Positions 19,460 to 28,734 of a DNA stretch of 64,000 nt are shown here, in pieces. A program made the position numbers and the translations under genes. The first letter of the stretch is position 1, and every line of letters begins with the position of its first letter. The notes under the pieces were generated by a model. The model ran no database searches and was not told where the DNA came from. It saw nothing but the letters and a program-made list of their open reading frames with translations. Origin of the DNA: an uncultured Desulfarculus sp. (GTDB lineage Bacteria; Desulfobacterota; Desulfarculia; Desulfarculales; Desulfarculaceae); contig CAXXUK010000001.1 of assembly GCA_963665125.2 (NCBI GenBank), positions 992,001 to 1,056,000 of the forward strand. Direction: 5' to 3'.

Positions 19460-19891
19460 CTAGTCCAGATATTTGACCAAGGTCAGGCGGTTGACGCCGC
19501 CGTTGCGTTCATAAGTGTAACCGTTGGTCATTTCCTTGATGAAAAACCAGCCCAGGCCGCCGATGTCGCGCTCTTCAAGGGGCGCATCCAAGTTGGGCTC
19601 CTTGACGTCGGCCAAGTCAAAACCGGAGCCTTCGTCTTCGATGACCAGATAGGCTTTTTTGCCGATACGGCTCAGGGTGAGGCGTACCGGCCCATGCTCC
19701 CGGCCTTCATAGGCATAGCTGATAACGTTGGTGACGGCTTCGTCCGTGGCCAGTTCCAGGGCCCTGCGGGCTTCGTCCGGCAGGCCCAGTTCGAGGCCTT
19801 TGTCTTCGATAAATTCGGCCATCAGTGCCAGATTGGCCAAATCCGCCTCAAATTCCAGATGATGCTTGTTGCCACCGTCTGTCACACGCAA
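19460..19891 (-). CDS. RsbW/SpoIIAB-like anti-sigma factor Ser/Thr kinase (HATPase_c_2)
   Basis: ELATDEAVTNVISYAY, EDEGSGFD, GGLGWFFI. Confidence 0.85.
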   Translation of the reverse strand: MRVTDGGNKHHLEFEADLANLALMAEFIEDKGLELGLPDEARRALELATDEAVTNVISYAYEGREHGPVRLTLSRIGKKAYLVIEDEGSGFDLADVKEPNLDAPLEERDIGGLGWFFIKEMTNGYTYERNGGVNRLTLVKYLD

Positions 19892-19914
19892 CCGCCTTGT
19901 TAAACGTCATCGCC

Positions 19915-22371
19915 TCAAATGCGGCGTTTGGCCAGCCGCAAACTGTTGAGGACTACTGTAACACTGGAAAAGGCCATTGCGCCAGCAGCCATTGCAGGGT
20001 GCAGTTCCCTAATTACCGTGGGCAGCCACATAAACCCCTGGGCTGCTCCGGCGGCAAGGGGCACCAACAGCACGTTGTAGAAAAATGCCCAAAACAGGTT
20101 TTGCTTTATAGTACGCATGGTTGCCTTGGATAGAGCGATGGATCGGGGCACTCCGGATATCTCATTGCCCACCAGGGTCACGTCGCTTGCTTCCATGGCC
20201 ACGTCAGCGCCCGATCCTATGGCTATGCCCAGGTCGGCCCTGGCCAGGGCAGGGGCGTCATTGATGCCGTCGCCGACCATTGCCACCAGGTTGCCCTTGT
20301 TCTGCTCGCCGCGAATTGCCTGTTCCTTTGTCTCGGGCAGCACTTCGGCGATCACGCGTTCAATGCCAACCTGACGGGCGATGGCCTCGGCGGCCTTTTG
20401 GTTGTCGCCGGTAAGCATCACCGGAGTGATGTCCATGCTCTTCAACTGGGCCACCACCTGGGCCGCGCCCGGTTTTTCTTCATCGGATACCGCAAAGACG
20501 CCGCATAGCTCACCGTCAACGGCCGCCAGGATCACTGTCTTGCCCTGGGCTGAGAGTTCGTCGGCCTTGGCCTTTGCTTGGTCGGAAGACAGGCCCAACT
20601 CGTCGAGCCAGTCCGGCCGGCCCACCACGATGGTTTTGCCCTGAACGTTGGCTTTGATGCCGAAACCGGTGAACGATTCAAAACCGGTAAGTTCCGCCGG
20701 GGTTATGCCCTGGTCCCGGGCGCCTTGGACCACGGCCTTGGCGATCGGGTGCTCGGAGGCGTTTTCCGCGGCCGCGGCAAGGGCCAGGGTCTCGGTTCCG
20801 CCTTTGCCCAGGTAATAGGTGTCTGTTAGCCTTGGCTTGCCTTGGGTGATCGTGCCGGTCTTGTCGAACATGACGGTCTTGATTTTATGGGCCGTCTCCA
20901 GGGCCTCGGAGTTGCGGAACAGGATGCCCATGGTCGCACCCCGGCCCGTGCCCACCATGATCGCCGTGGGTGTGGCCAGGCCCAGGGCGCAGGGGCAGGC
21001 GATGACCAGCACCGCCGTCATGCGGACCATGGCCGGGACAAACAGGCCGCTGTGGATCCACCATGCGGCCAGGGTGGCCAGGGCGATCAAAATAATGCTG
21101 GGCACAAATACAGCGGCCACGCTGTCGGCCAGGCGCTGGATGGGTGCTTTGGAGCCCTGGGCCTGGCGCACCAGGCGGATGATCTGGGAAAGGGCCGTGT
21201 CCGACCCCACGCCAATGGCCCTGATTTTGAGCAGGCCCTGCTGGTTGATGGTGGCTCCGAAGACCTTGTCGCCGTCGGCCTTGTCCACGGGAATGGATTC
21301 GCCGGTCATCAGCGATTCGTCCACCGATGAGACGCCGCCGACCACAACGCCGTCCACGGGGATGGACTCGCCGGGCCGGACCATGACGGTCTGATCCCTT
21401 TTCACCGAACCGGCCGGTATTTCAAGCTCCGTGCCGTCGTCTTGCAGGATTCTGGCCTTTTTGGGGGCCAGGTCCATGAGCTTGCGGATGGCCGCGCCGG
21501 CCTGGCCCTTGGCCTTGGCCTCCAGCAGCTTGCCCAGCTTGATCAGGGTGATGATCATGGCCGAGGTTTCGAAATAAAGCTGGGGCCCCAGGCCGGGGAA
21601 CAGCAGGGCCGCGACGCTGTAGAAATATGCCGCCGAGGCGCCCATGGCCACCAGTACGTCCATATTGGCAGCCCCGGCCTTGACGCTTTTCCAGCCGCCT
21701 TCATAAAAGCCCCAACCAGTGTAAAACTGCACCGGAGTGGCCAGGGCAAAGGCGCACCAGCCGTACCAAGGAGACATCGCCCACGGACCCAGCAGGCCCA
21801 GGGCGTGGCCTATGTGCACCAGGAACAAGGGTAGGGTCAGGGCCACACCGGTCCAGAAATAACGGCGCTGGGCCGCCAACTCGGCCTGCCTGGCCAGGGT
21901 TTCCGGGTCTGCCTCCTGATCATCCTGACCGCTGGGCAGCACCAAATCAAACCCGGCTTCGTGGACGACCTTGGCCATCTGTTCCAAATCAATTATGCTT
22001 GGATCGTAGTCAACGGATAGAGTTTCCGAGGCGAAATTCACCGCAGCCTTTTCAACGCCCGGCGCTTTTTTCAGCAACACGCGTTCGACGTTTGCCGCGC
22101 AACGGGTGCAGGTCATGCCCACGACCGGAATTTCGGCATGCCTTTTCGACTCGGGCAAGACCAGGGAAAACCCCGCCTCCTTTACCGCTTCGGCAATGGC
22201 CGGCAGGCCGACTTTTTTCGGGTCATAGGCTATGTGGGCGGTTTCGGCAGCGAAGTTGACTCTGGCTGACTCCACTCCGTCAACTTTTTTTTGAAGCACC
22301 CGTTCGACGTTCGCCGCGCAACGGGTGCAACTCATACCTACCACCGGTAAATCGACTTCTTTGACAGCCAA
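19915..22371 (-). CDS. copA: Cu(I)-translocating P1B-type ATPase
   Basis: Two GMxCxxC HMA domains, TGES, CPC, DKTGT, HP, GDGIND, YN and MxxSS. Confidence 0.92.
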   Translation of the reverse strand: MAVKEVDLPVVGMSCTRCAANVERVLQKKVDGVESARVNFAAETAHIAYDPKKVGLPAIAEAVKEAGFSLVLPESKRHAEIPVVGMTCTRCAANVERVLLKKAPGVEKAAVNFASETLSVDYDPSIIDLEQMAKVVHEAGFDLVLPSGQDDQEADPETLARQAELAAQRRYFWTGVALTLPLFLVHIGHALGLLGPWAMSPWYGWCAFALATPVQFYTGWGFYEGGWKSVKAGAANMDVLVAMGASAAYFYSVAALLFPGLGPQLYFETSAMIITLIKLGKLLEAKAKGQAGAAIRKLMDLAPKKARILQDDGTELEIPAGSVKRDQTVMVRPGESIPVDGVVVGGVSSVDESLMTGESIPVDKADGDKVFGATINQQGLLKIRAIGVGSDTALSQIIRLVRQAQGSKAPIQRLADSVAAVFVPSIILIALATLAAWWIHSGLFVPAMVRMTAVLVIACPCALGLATPTAIMVGTGRGATMGILFRNSEALETAHKIKTVMFDKTGTITQGKPRLTDTYYLGKGGTETLALAAAAENASEHPIAKAVVQGARDQGITPAELTGFESFTGFGIKANVQGKTIVVGRPDWLDELGLSSDQAKAKADELSAQGKTVILAAVDGELCGVFAVSDEEKPGAAQVVAQLKSMDITPVMLTGDNQKAAEAIARQVGIERVIAEVLPETKEQAIRGEQNKGNLVAMVGDGINDAPALARADLGIAIGSGADVAMEASDVTLVGNEISGVPRSIALSKATMRTIKQNLFWAFFYNVLLVPLAAGAAQGFMWLPTVIRELHPAMAAGAMAFSSVTVVLNSLRLAKRRI

Positions 22372-22395
22372 GGCTAACTCCAGTCGTTGATCCGG

Positions 22396-22599
22396 CTATT
22401 TTGGGGGGTAACCGGCATCTTTGAGTTGGGCTTCGATGGCATCCCAAGTCGCAGGCGCGTTCCATTGAATGGTAACATTTTTCGTCTGCGCATCGCCTTC
22501 AACGGATACCACGCCACTGACTTCGCCGGCTTCGCGTTTGACGGCAGCCAGACAATGACCACAGGAAATATCGGGAATGTTTACGGTTTTTTGTTTCAT
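22396..22599 (-). CDS. copZ: Copper chaperone (HMA domain)
   Basis: ISCGHC, ends AGY; directly upstream of copA. Confidence 0.85.
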   Translation of the reverse strand: MKQKTVNIPDISCGHCLAAVKREAGEVSGVVSVEGDAQTKNVTIQWNAPATWDAIEAQLKDAGYPPK

Positions 22600-22728
22600 T
22601 TTCGCCGCTCCCTTTTTGGTGTTGAGCTATGCGTTTCCACTGTCAAAATTAATATAAGACACGATTGTGGATGATGCGAGATAAATTTAATAAATCTAAT
22701 TAAGTATGAATAAACTAATTAGCCAAGG

Positions 22729-23619
22729 ATGTTTCGCTTGCGGATCGGTTTGCATTTGTCAACAGCGGGAGGAGTTCACAAGGCTGCCCAACAGGCGGCC
22801 GACCTTGGATTGGATTGCCTTCAGATTTTCGCTGGCAGCCCAAGAATGTGGAAACGCACTGAAATTTCGCAGCCCGATGCGGCGCGTTTCAGGCTCATCG
22901 CCCAAAAAGCCCGCCTGGACCCGGTGGTGATTCACGCCCCCTACCTGGTGAATTTGGCGGCCGAGAATGATGACCTGTGGCGCAAGTCCATTGAGGTGAT
23001 GCGCGACCAGGTTGGCAAGGCAAAATTGTTGGACGCCGACGGCGTGGTTATGCACCCGGGGAGCAGGGGAGGGCGCACGATAGAATGGGGTATCGAACGC
23101 ATTGCCAGGGCGTTGGAAGAGGTACTTGGTGATGGAACAGGCGGCGTAAAAATAATTTTAGAAAATACTGCGGGTGGAGGTGGACATCTGGGCGGCACCC
23201 TTAGCCAGATGTCTGCCATGTTGAAAACCATGCGCGGTTTGCCTTGCGCGGTGTGCCTGGATACGGCCCATGCCTGGGCCTCCGGATATCGGCTTGACGA
23301 CCAAAGGGCTGTTGCGCGGTACCTGGACAGGGTTGATGAGCTGATAGGGCTACAGAACGTAAAAGTATGGCACTTCAATGATATAGCTCTGCCAAGGGGG
23401 CGCAAGCGGGATGTTCACACTCACCTTGGCAAGGGCCGAATCGGCAAACAGGGATTCGCGGCACTGGTCGCCGATCACCGGATGAAACATGCCGCGGCAA
23501 TCATGGAGACCCCGAAAAATTCTCGTTGGGCCGACCGGCGAAACGTCCTGTGGCTACGCCGTATGACAGGCTCCGGGGAAGGTCCTGGTCTGGTTGACTC
23601 TAACCTCCCGTTATGCTAA
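22729..23619 (+). CDS. nfo: Endonuclease IV
   Basis: HLSTAGG, QIF, HAPYLVNLA, HPGS, ENTAG, CLDTAH, HFND, ETP. Confidence 0.9.
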   Translation: MFRLRIGLHLSTAGGVHKAAQQAADLGLDCLQIFAGSPRMWKRTEISQPDAARFRLIAQKARLDPVVIHAPYLVNLAAENDDLWRKSIEVMRDQVGKAKLLDADGVVMHPGSRGGRTIEWGIERIARALEEVLGDGTGGVKIILENTAGGGGHLGGTLSQMSAMLKTMRGLPCAVCLDTAHAWASGYRLDDQRAVARYLDRVDELIGLQNVKVWHFNDIALPRGRKRDVHTHLGKGRIGKQGFAALVADHRMKHAAAIMETPKNSRWADRRNVLWLRRMTGSGEGPGLVDSNLPLC

Positions 23620-23657
23620 TTTTTCTCAAGGTATAAGAACTTATGCAGGAGGAGGCT

Positions 23658-25286
23658 TTGGCCGAAAAAGCCGGACCCCCGCCCGGAGCGGTGATCATTG
23701 ATCTAGTCGACGAGGTTGTCGAATCAACGCCGGAACAACCAACTGGGGACACCGGCGGCGACGATCTCGATTCTCTGTTAGCTGATTTGGGCGGCGAAGT
23801 TGATTCCGCCCCGCCAAGGCCTGCCCCGCAAACTCAAGGCGAAGCTCCCCCGTCTGTTGAGGGCGACGACCTTGATTCGCTATTGGCTGAATTGTCAGGA
23901 GGCGGTGGTTCCGCGCCGGCGCCTGAGCCCGAGCCTGCGGCCGAGTCCGCCGATCTGGGCCAGGATGATCTTGATTCGCTGTTGGCCGATCTGGATGGCA
24001 GCGGCGGTCCCGCACCGGCGCCTGAGCCCGAGCCCGCGGCCGAGTCCGCTGATCTGGGCCAGGATGATCTTGATTCGCTGTTGGCCGATCTGGAGAGCGG
24101 CGGCGGTTCCGCGCCGGCACCCGCGCCCGAGCCCGCGGCCGAGTCCGCCGATCTGGGCCAGGATGATCTTGATTCGCTGTTGGCCGATCTGGAGAGCGGC
24201 GGCGGTTCCGCGCCGGCACCCGCGCCCGAGCCCGCGGCCGAGTCCGCCGATCTGGGCCAGGATGATCTTGATTCGCTGTTGGCCGATCTGGATGGCGGCG
24301 GCGGTTCCGCGCCGGCACCCGCGCCCGAGCCCGCGGCCGAGTCCGCCGATCTGGGCCAGGATGATCTTGATTCGCTGTTGGCCGATCTGGATGGCGGCGG
24401 CGGTTCCGCGCCGGCGCCTGAGCCCGCGCCCGCGGCCGAGTCCGCCGATCTGGGCCAGGATGATCTTGATTCATTGCTTTCCGATCTGGAGAGCGGAGGT
24501 GGTTCCGCGCCGGCACCCGCGCCCGAGCCCGCGGCCGAGTCCGCCGATCTGGGCCAGGATGATCTTGATTCGCTGTTGGCCGATCTGGAGAGCGGCGGCG
24601 GTTCCGCGCCGGCACCCGCGCCCGCGGCCGAGTCCGCCGATCTGGGCCAGGATGATCTTGATTCGCTGTTGGCCGATCTGGAGAGCGGCGGCGGTTCCGC
24701 GCCGGCACCCGCGCCCGCGGCCGAGTCCGCCGATCTGGGCCAGGATGATCTTGATTCGCTGTTGGCCGATCTGGAGAGCGGCGGCGGTTCCGAATCTGAG
24801 CCCGCGCCCGTGGAGGCCCAGACTGAATCCGCACCCGTCGAAGATGACCTGGACGCCTTGCTAAGCGATTTGGAAAGCGGTGATTTGGCCGCGCCTGTAG
24901 ACCAGACGCCAGAGGCAGACACAAAACCCGCTGATCAAGAAGATGATTTGGATGTCTTGTTAGCCGAGTTGGAAAAAGAACCCGAATCGGCACAGGCGCC
25001 CATTGTGGAACCGGCGCCCGAAATTAAACCTGCAGTCTCTATTGCAAAGGCCACGACGGCGGCAGCTGCTGTCGGTTTGGCGGCTACGGCCATGGAGAGC
25101 AAGACAGGCGAATTAAAACCGCTGGACCATTTGGAGGCTGCTGTTATATTTGAGCGCGTGGCCCGGGAGGTCCTGGACGAAGTGATAAAGGAATTGGTGC
25201 CCAGGCTGGTGGCCGAAAGAGTGGCCGCTGAAATAGAGGCGATTAAACGTGAGGCCGAGTCCGACGGCGAAGACGTAGTAAGCTAA
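23658..25286 (+). CDS. Acidic Pro-rich tandem-repeat protein with PopZ/RomR-C-like C-terminal helices
   Basis: AGGAGG SD before TTG 23658 (ATG 23643 also possible); 13 DDLD(S/A/V)LL motifs; C-terminus [35 protein letters not shown]; directly upstream of valS. Confidence 0.8.
   Translation: MAEKAGPPPGAVIIDLVDEVVESTPEQPTGDTGGDDLDSLLADLGGEVDSAPPRPAPQTQGEAPPSVEGDDLDSLLAELSGGGGSAPAPEPEPAAESADLGQDDLDSLLADLDGSGGPAPAPEPEPAAESADLGQDDLDSLLADLESGGGSAPAPAPEPAAESADLGQDDLDSLLADLESGGGSAPAPAPEPAAESADLGQDDLDSLLADLDGGGGSAPAPAPEPAAESADLGQDDLDSLLADLDGGGGSAPAPEPAPAAESADLGQDDLDSLLSDLESGGGSAPAPAPEPAAESADLGQDDLDSLLADLESGGGSAPAPAPAAESADLGQDDLDSLLADLESGGGSAPAPAPAAESADLGQDDLDSLLADLESGGGSESEPAPVEAQTESAPVEDDLDALLSDLESGDLAAPVDQTPEADTKPADQEDDLDVLLAELEKEPESAQAPIVEPAPEIKPAVSIAKATTAAAAVGLAATAMESKTGELKPLDHLEAAVIFERVAREVLDEVIKELVPRLVAERVAAEIEAIKREAESDGEDVVS
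23900..24792 (+). repeat. Intragenic tandem repeat, 9 near-identical units (99-bp period, last two 93 bp)
   Basis: CAGGATGATCTTGATTC recurs at 23961, 24060, 24159, 24258, 24357, 24456, 24555, 24648, 24741. Confidence 0.95.
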
Positions 25287-25288
25287 AA

Positions 25289-25348
25289 AACCGGCCAGTT
25301 TGGCCGGTTCGTGGCGTGGGAGCACGGCTCCCCGCCCTTTTTATTTTT
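25289..25348 (+). terminator. Double hairpin / intrinsic terminator between the repeat gene and valS
   Basis: AACCGGCCA-gtt-TGGCCGGTT, then GGCGTGGGAGC-acg-GCTCCCCGCC followed by a T-rich run. Confidence 0.55.
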
Positions 25349-25396
25349 CCGACATCTCGAAAAGCAACGCCGGGAATACACCGGACGGGAGTAATA

Positions 25397-28048
25397 ATGA
25401 TGGAAACTGGCAAGCTGGCGAAATCGTATGAGCCGCAAGAAGTTGAAGCTCGCTGGTATAAATACTGGGAAGACAACGAACTGTTCAAGGCAGATCCGAC
25501 CTCGGAAAAGCCGCCGTATTCCATTGTAATCCCGCCGCCCAACGTAACCGGTCAGTTGCACATGGGCCATGCCCTTAACAACACCCTGCAAGACGTCATG
25601 TGCCGCTACAGGCGCATGACCGGCTGGGAGGTCCTCTGGGTGCCCGGCACCGACCATGCGGGCATCGCCACCCAAAACGTGGTCGAGCGCCAGTTGGCCG
25701 CCGAGGACACCACCAGGCACGACCTTGGCCGGGACCAGTTCATCGAGCGCGTTTGGCAATGGCGCAAGGAATACGGCGGGCGGATCATCAACCAGCTCAA
25801 GCGCCTGGGCGCCTCATGCGACTGGTCCAGGGAACGCTTCACCATGGACGACGGCCTGAGCAAGGCCGTGCGGGAGGTCTTTGTCCGGCTGTATGAGGAA
25901 GGCCTGATTTACCAGGGCGATTACATCATCAACTGGTGCCCACGCTGCCACACCGCGCTTTCGGATCTGGAATCCGAACACGAGGAAACCAAGGGCGGCC
26001 TTTATCATATTCGTTATCCGTTCAAAAACGGCAAGGGCCATATCGTCGTGGCCACCACCCGGCCCGAGACCATGCTGGGCGATACGGCCGTGGCCATCAA
26101 CCCCGAAGATCCGCGCTACGCCGACCTGGTCGACGAGACCCTGATCCTGCCCCTGGTGGGCCGCGAGATTCCGATAATCCGCGATGGCTATGTGGCCATG
26201 GACTTCGGCACCGGCGCCCTCAAGGTCACCCCGGCCCACGACCCCAACGACTTCCTCATCGGCCAGAAGCACGGCCTGGAGTCGATTCGGGTCATGGACG
26301 ACGACGCCCGGATCAACGAACTGGGCGGCCCATACGCCGGCATGGACCGCTTCGCGGCCCGCAAGAAGGTGCTGGCCGACCTGGAGGCCCAGGGCCTGCT
26401 GGAAAAGCAGGAAGAACACATGCACAACGTCGGGCACTGCTACCGCTGCCACACCATGGTCGAGCCCATTCTCAGCAAGCAGTGGTTCGTCAAGGTGGCT
26501 CCCCTTGCCGATGAGGCCACAAAGGCCGTGCAGGATGGGCGCACCAAGATCATCCCCGAAAATTGGACCAAGACCTACTATGAATGGATGGACGGCATCC
26601 GCGACTGGTGCATCAGCCGTCAAATCTGGTGGGGTCACCGCATCCCGGCCTGGTACTGTGAGTGCGGCGAGGTCATTGTCAGCCGCCAGGACCCGGACAA
26701 GTGCCCGGTCTGCGGATCCACCGAACTGACCAGGGAGACCGATGTCCTGGATACCTGGTTCAGCAGCGCATTGTGGCCGTTTTCGACCATGGGCTGGCCG
26801 GACCAGACTCCGGAGCTGGCCAAGTTCTACCCAACTTCATGCCTGGTCACGGCCTTTGACATCCTGTTCTTCTGGGTGGCCCGCATGATGATGATGGGCC
26901 TGAAGTTCATGGACGGGCAGGTGCCGTTCCATGATGTTTATATCCACGCCCTGGTCCGCGACGAGACCGGCCGCAAGATGTCCAAGAGCACGGGCAATGT
27001 CATCGACCCGCTTGTGGTGATGGACCAGTTCGGCACCGACGCCGTGCGCTTCACCCTGGCCGCCTTTGCCGCTCAGGGCCGCGATATCAAGCTCAGCGAG
27101 GAGCGCATCGCCGGATACCGCAACTTTGTCAACAAGATCTGGAACGCCGCCAGGTTCACCATGATGAATCTCGAAGGCTCCATGGAGCCCGATGGCGATA
27201 TCGAGCCCAGCCTGGAGGACCGCTGGGTCTTGTCCCGTTTGGGCAAAGTGGCCCAGGAAGTGGGCAAGGCCATTGACGAGTACCGCTTCAACGAGGCGGC
27301 CGGAGCGGCGTATCAGTTTGCCTGGCATGAGTTCTGCGACTGGTACCTGGAGCTGATCAAGGGCGCGTTGTACAACGACGAAGAGCCCCAGCGTCAGGCA
27401 GCCACCCGCAAGGTCCTGGCCGAGGCCTTGTCGCGCCTGGTGCGCATTCTGCACCCGTTTATGCCCTACATTACTGAAGAACTGTGGCAGCGCCTGCCCG
27501 GAACCCAGGGCAGTGTAATGAAGGCCGACTGGCCCCTGGCCGCCGAGGGCGAGATTGACGACGAGGCCGAGGCCCAGATGCAACTGGTCATGGACGTCAT
27601 CAGCGCCGTGCGCAACATCCGCGGCGAGATGGGCATCAGCCCCGGCAAGGCCGTTCCCACCGTGATTTTGACGGAAAGCACACAGGTCGAAGACATATTA
27701 CAGGCCCAAGCAGCACACATATCCAGTCTGGCCAGGCTGGAACGCCTTGAAATCAATAGTGGCGGCGCGGCGCCTAAAAAGGCGGCCGGCAGCGCACTGC
27801 AGGGTCTGTCGGTGTATGTGCCCTTGGAAGGCCTGGTCGATTTCAGCGCCGAAGAGGCCCGGTTGAACAAGGAACTGGCCAAGCTGGAAAAGGAAATTAC
27901 GCCCAGCCGAAAAAAATTGCAGAACGAGGGATTTTTGGCCAAGGCTCCGGCAGAGGTCGTGGCCAAGGAAAAGACCAAGGTGGCAGAGGCGGAAAACAAG
28001 ATGCAGACTCTTCAGGCCAACCTGGAAAGAATCCGCAGCTTTATATAA
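25397..28048 (+). CDS. valS: Valine--tRNA ligase
   Basis: [36 protein letters not shown]-terminal coiled coil. Confidence 0.98.
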   Translation: MMETGKLAKSYEPQEVEARWYKYWEDNELFKADPTSEKPPYSIVIPPPNVTGQLHMGHALNNTLQDVMCRYRRMTGWEVLWVPGTDHAGIATQNVVERQLAAEDTTRHDLGRDQFIERVWQWRKEYGGRIINQLKRLGASCDWSRERFTMDDGLSKAVREVFVRLYEEGLIYQGDYIINWCPRCHTALSDLESEHEETKGGLYHIRYPFKNGKGHIVVATTRPETMLGDTAVAINPEDPRYADLVDETLILPLVGREIPIIRDGYVAMDFGTGALKVTPAHDPNDFLIGQKHGLESIRVMDDDARINELGGPYAGMDRFAARKKVLADLEAQGLLEKQEEHMHNVGHCYRCHTMVEPILSKQWFVKVAPLADEATKAVQDGRTKIIPENWTKTYYEWMDGIRDWCISRQIWWGHRIPAWYCECGEVIVSRQDPDKCPVCGSTELTRETDVLDTWFSSALWPFSTMGWPDQTPELAKFYPTSCLVTAFDILFFWVARMMMMGLKFMDGQVPFHDVYIHALVRDETGRKMSKSTGNVIDPLVVMDQFGTDAVRFTLAAFAAQGRDIKLSEERIAGYRNFVNKIWNAARFTMMNLEGSMEPDGDIEPSLEDRWVLSRLGKVAQEVGKAIDEYRFNEAAGAAYQFAWHEFCDWYLELIKGALYNDEEPQRQAATRKVLAEALSRLVRILHPFMPYITEELWQRLPGTQGSVMKADWPLAAEGEIDDEAEAQMQLVMDVISAVRNIRGEMGISPGKAVPTVILTESTQVEDILQAQAAHISSLARLERLEINSGGAAPKKAAGSALQGLSVYVPLEGLVDFSAEEARLNKELAKLEKEITPSRKKLQNEGFLAKAPAEVVAKEKTKVAEAENKMQTLQANLERIRSFI

Positions 28049-28312
28049 AAAACACCTGATAAACGTAGGATGATTTGTGCGATTGATTGCGTTGATTGTG
28101 AAATAGGGCACGGATTTTGACCGTTTTTTCAGTGCATTGCAGGTGTGTACAACGATAATCACAACGAGCGGCACCCCGCTGGCGGGCAAAGGACGCATAT
28201 AGTTTTTTGCTTGACAGATAAAGGGGTTATTGATAGAGAGTTCTAGGTACTTTCTGGCACATAATCGGCCCAAGGGCCGAAATCCAAACAAATCTTAAGG
28301 AGGACCCCCACA

Positions 28313-28630
28313 ATGCCTACCGTTACTTTTAAGGGCAAAACTTACGAAGTGGACGAGGATGGATTCCTGTTGGATCCCGAGTCCTGGGACGAGGATTTCG
28401 CATCTTACGTCAAGGAAGAGGAAGGCATCTCCGAATTGACTGAAGAGCACTGGAAGGTTATTAACTACCTCCAGGACTACTACAAGAAGAACGGCATCGC
28501 TCCGATGGTTCGTATCATGACCAAGGTCACCGGCTACAAGCTGAAGCAGATCTACGAGCTGTTCCCGAGCGGACCTGGCAAGGGCGCCTGTAAGATGGCC
28601 GGCCTGGCCAAGCCGACCGGCTGCGTCTAA
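28313..28630 (+). CDS. dsrC: DsrC sulfur-carrier protein of dissimilatory sulfite reduction
   Basis: EVDEDGFL, LTEEHW, C-terminal ELFPSGPGKGACKMAGLAKPTGCV with both conserved Cys (C-x10-C); AGGAGG SD. Confidence 0.93.
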   Translation: MPTVTFKGKTYEVDEDGFLLDPESWDEDFASYVKEEEGISELTEEHWKVINYLQDYYKKNGIAPMVRIMTKVTGYKLKQIYELFPSGPGKGACKMAGLAKPTGCV

Positions 28631-28664
28631 TCGCCGCCCATAGTCGCATTTGCGGCGTCTAGCC

Positions 28665-28691
28665 TCACGGCTGGGCGCCGTGATTTTTTTT
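28665..28691 (+). terminator. Intrinsic terminator after dsrC
   Basis: TCACGGC-tgggc-GCCGTGA followed by T8. Confidence 0.75.
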
Positions 28692-28734
28692 ATGTGGATC
28701 GTTTTTTTGCAACAAAATGATAGGTGCAAGGGCC

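Noticed and set aside
23900..24792. Regular repeats as a CRISPR array
   Set aside because: Whole units are repeated with no unique spacers, periods are multiples of 3 inside an ORF, and there are no cas genes
23695..24993. Long alternative-frame ORFs (432, 354 and 362 aa) over the repeat
   Set aside because: Stop-free by-products of a GC-rich in-frame repeat; only the acidic frame has an SD and meaningful unique termini
25287..25396. T-box riboswitch before valS
   Set aside because: Only about 110 bp, with no stem I, specifier loop or UGGNACC T-box sequence; better explained as a terminator
28313..28630. DsrC as the RiPP precursor for YcaO, or as a TusE
   Set aside because: It is a folded DsrC with both conserved Cys and its own terminator; no leader/core layout
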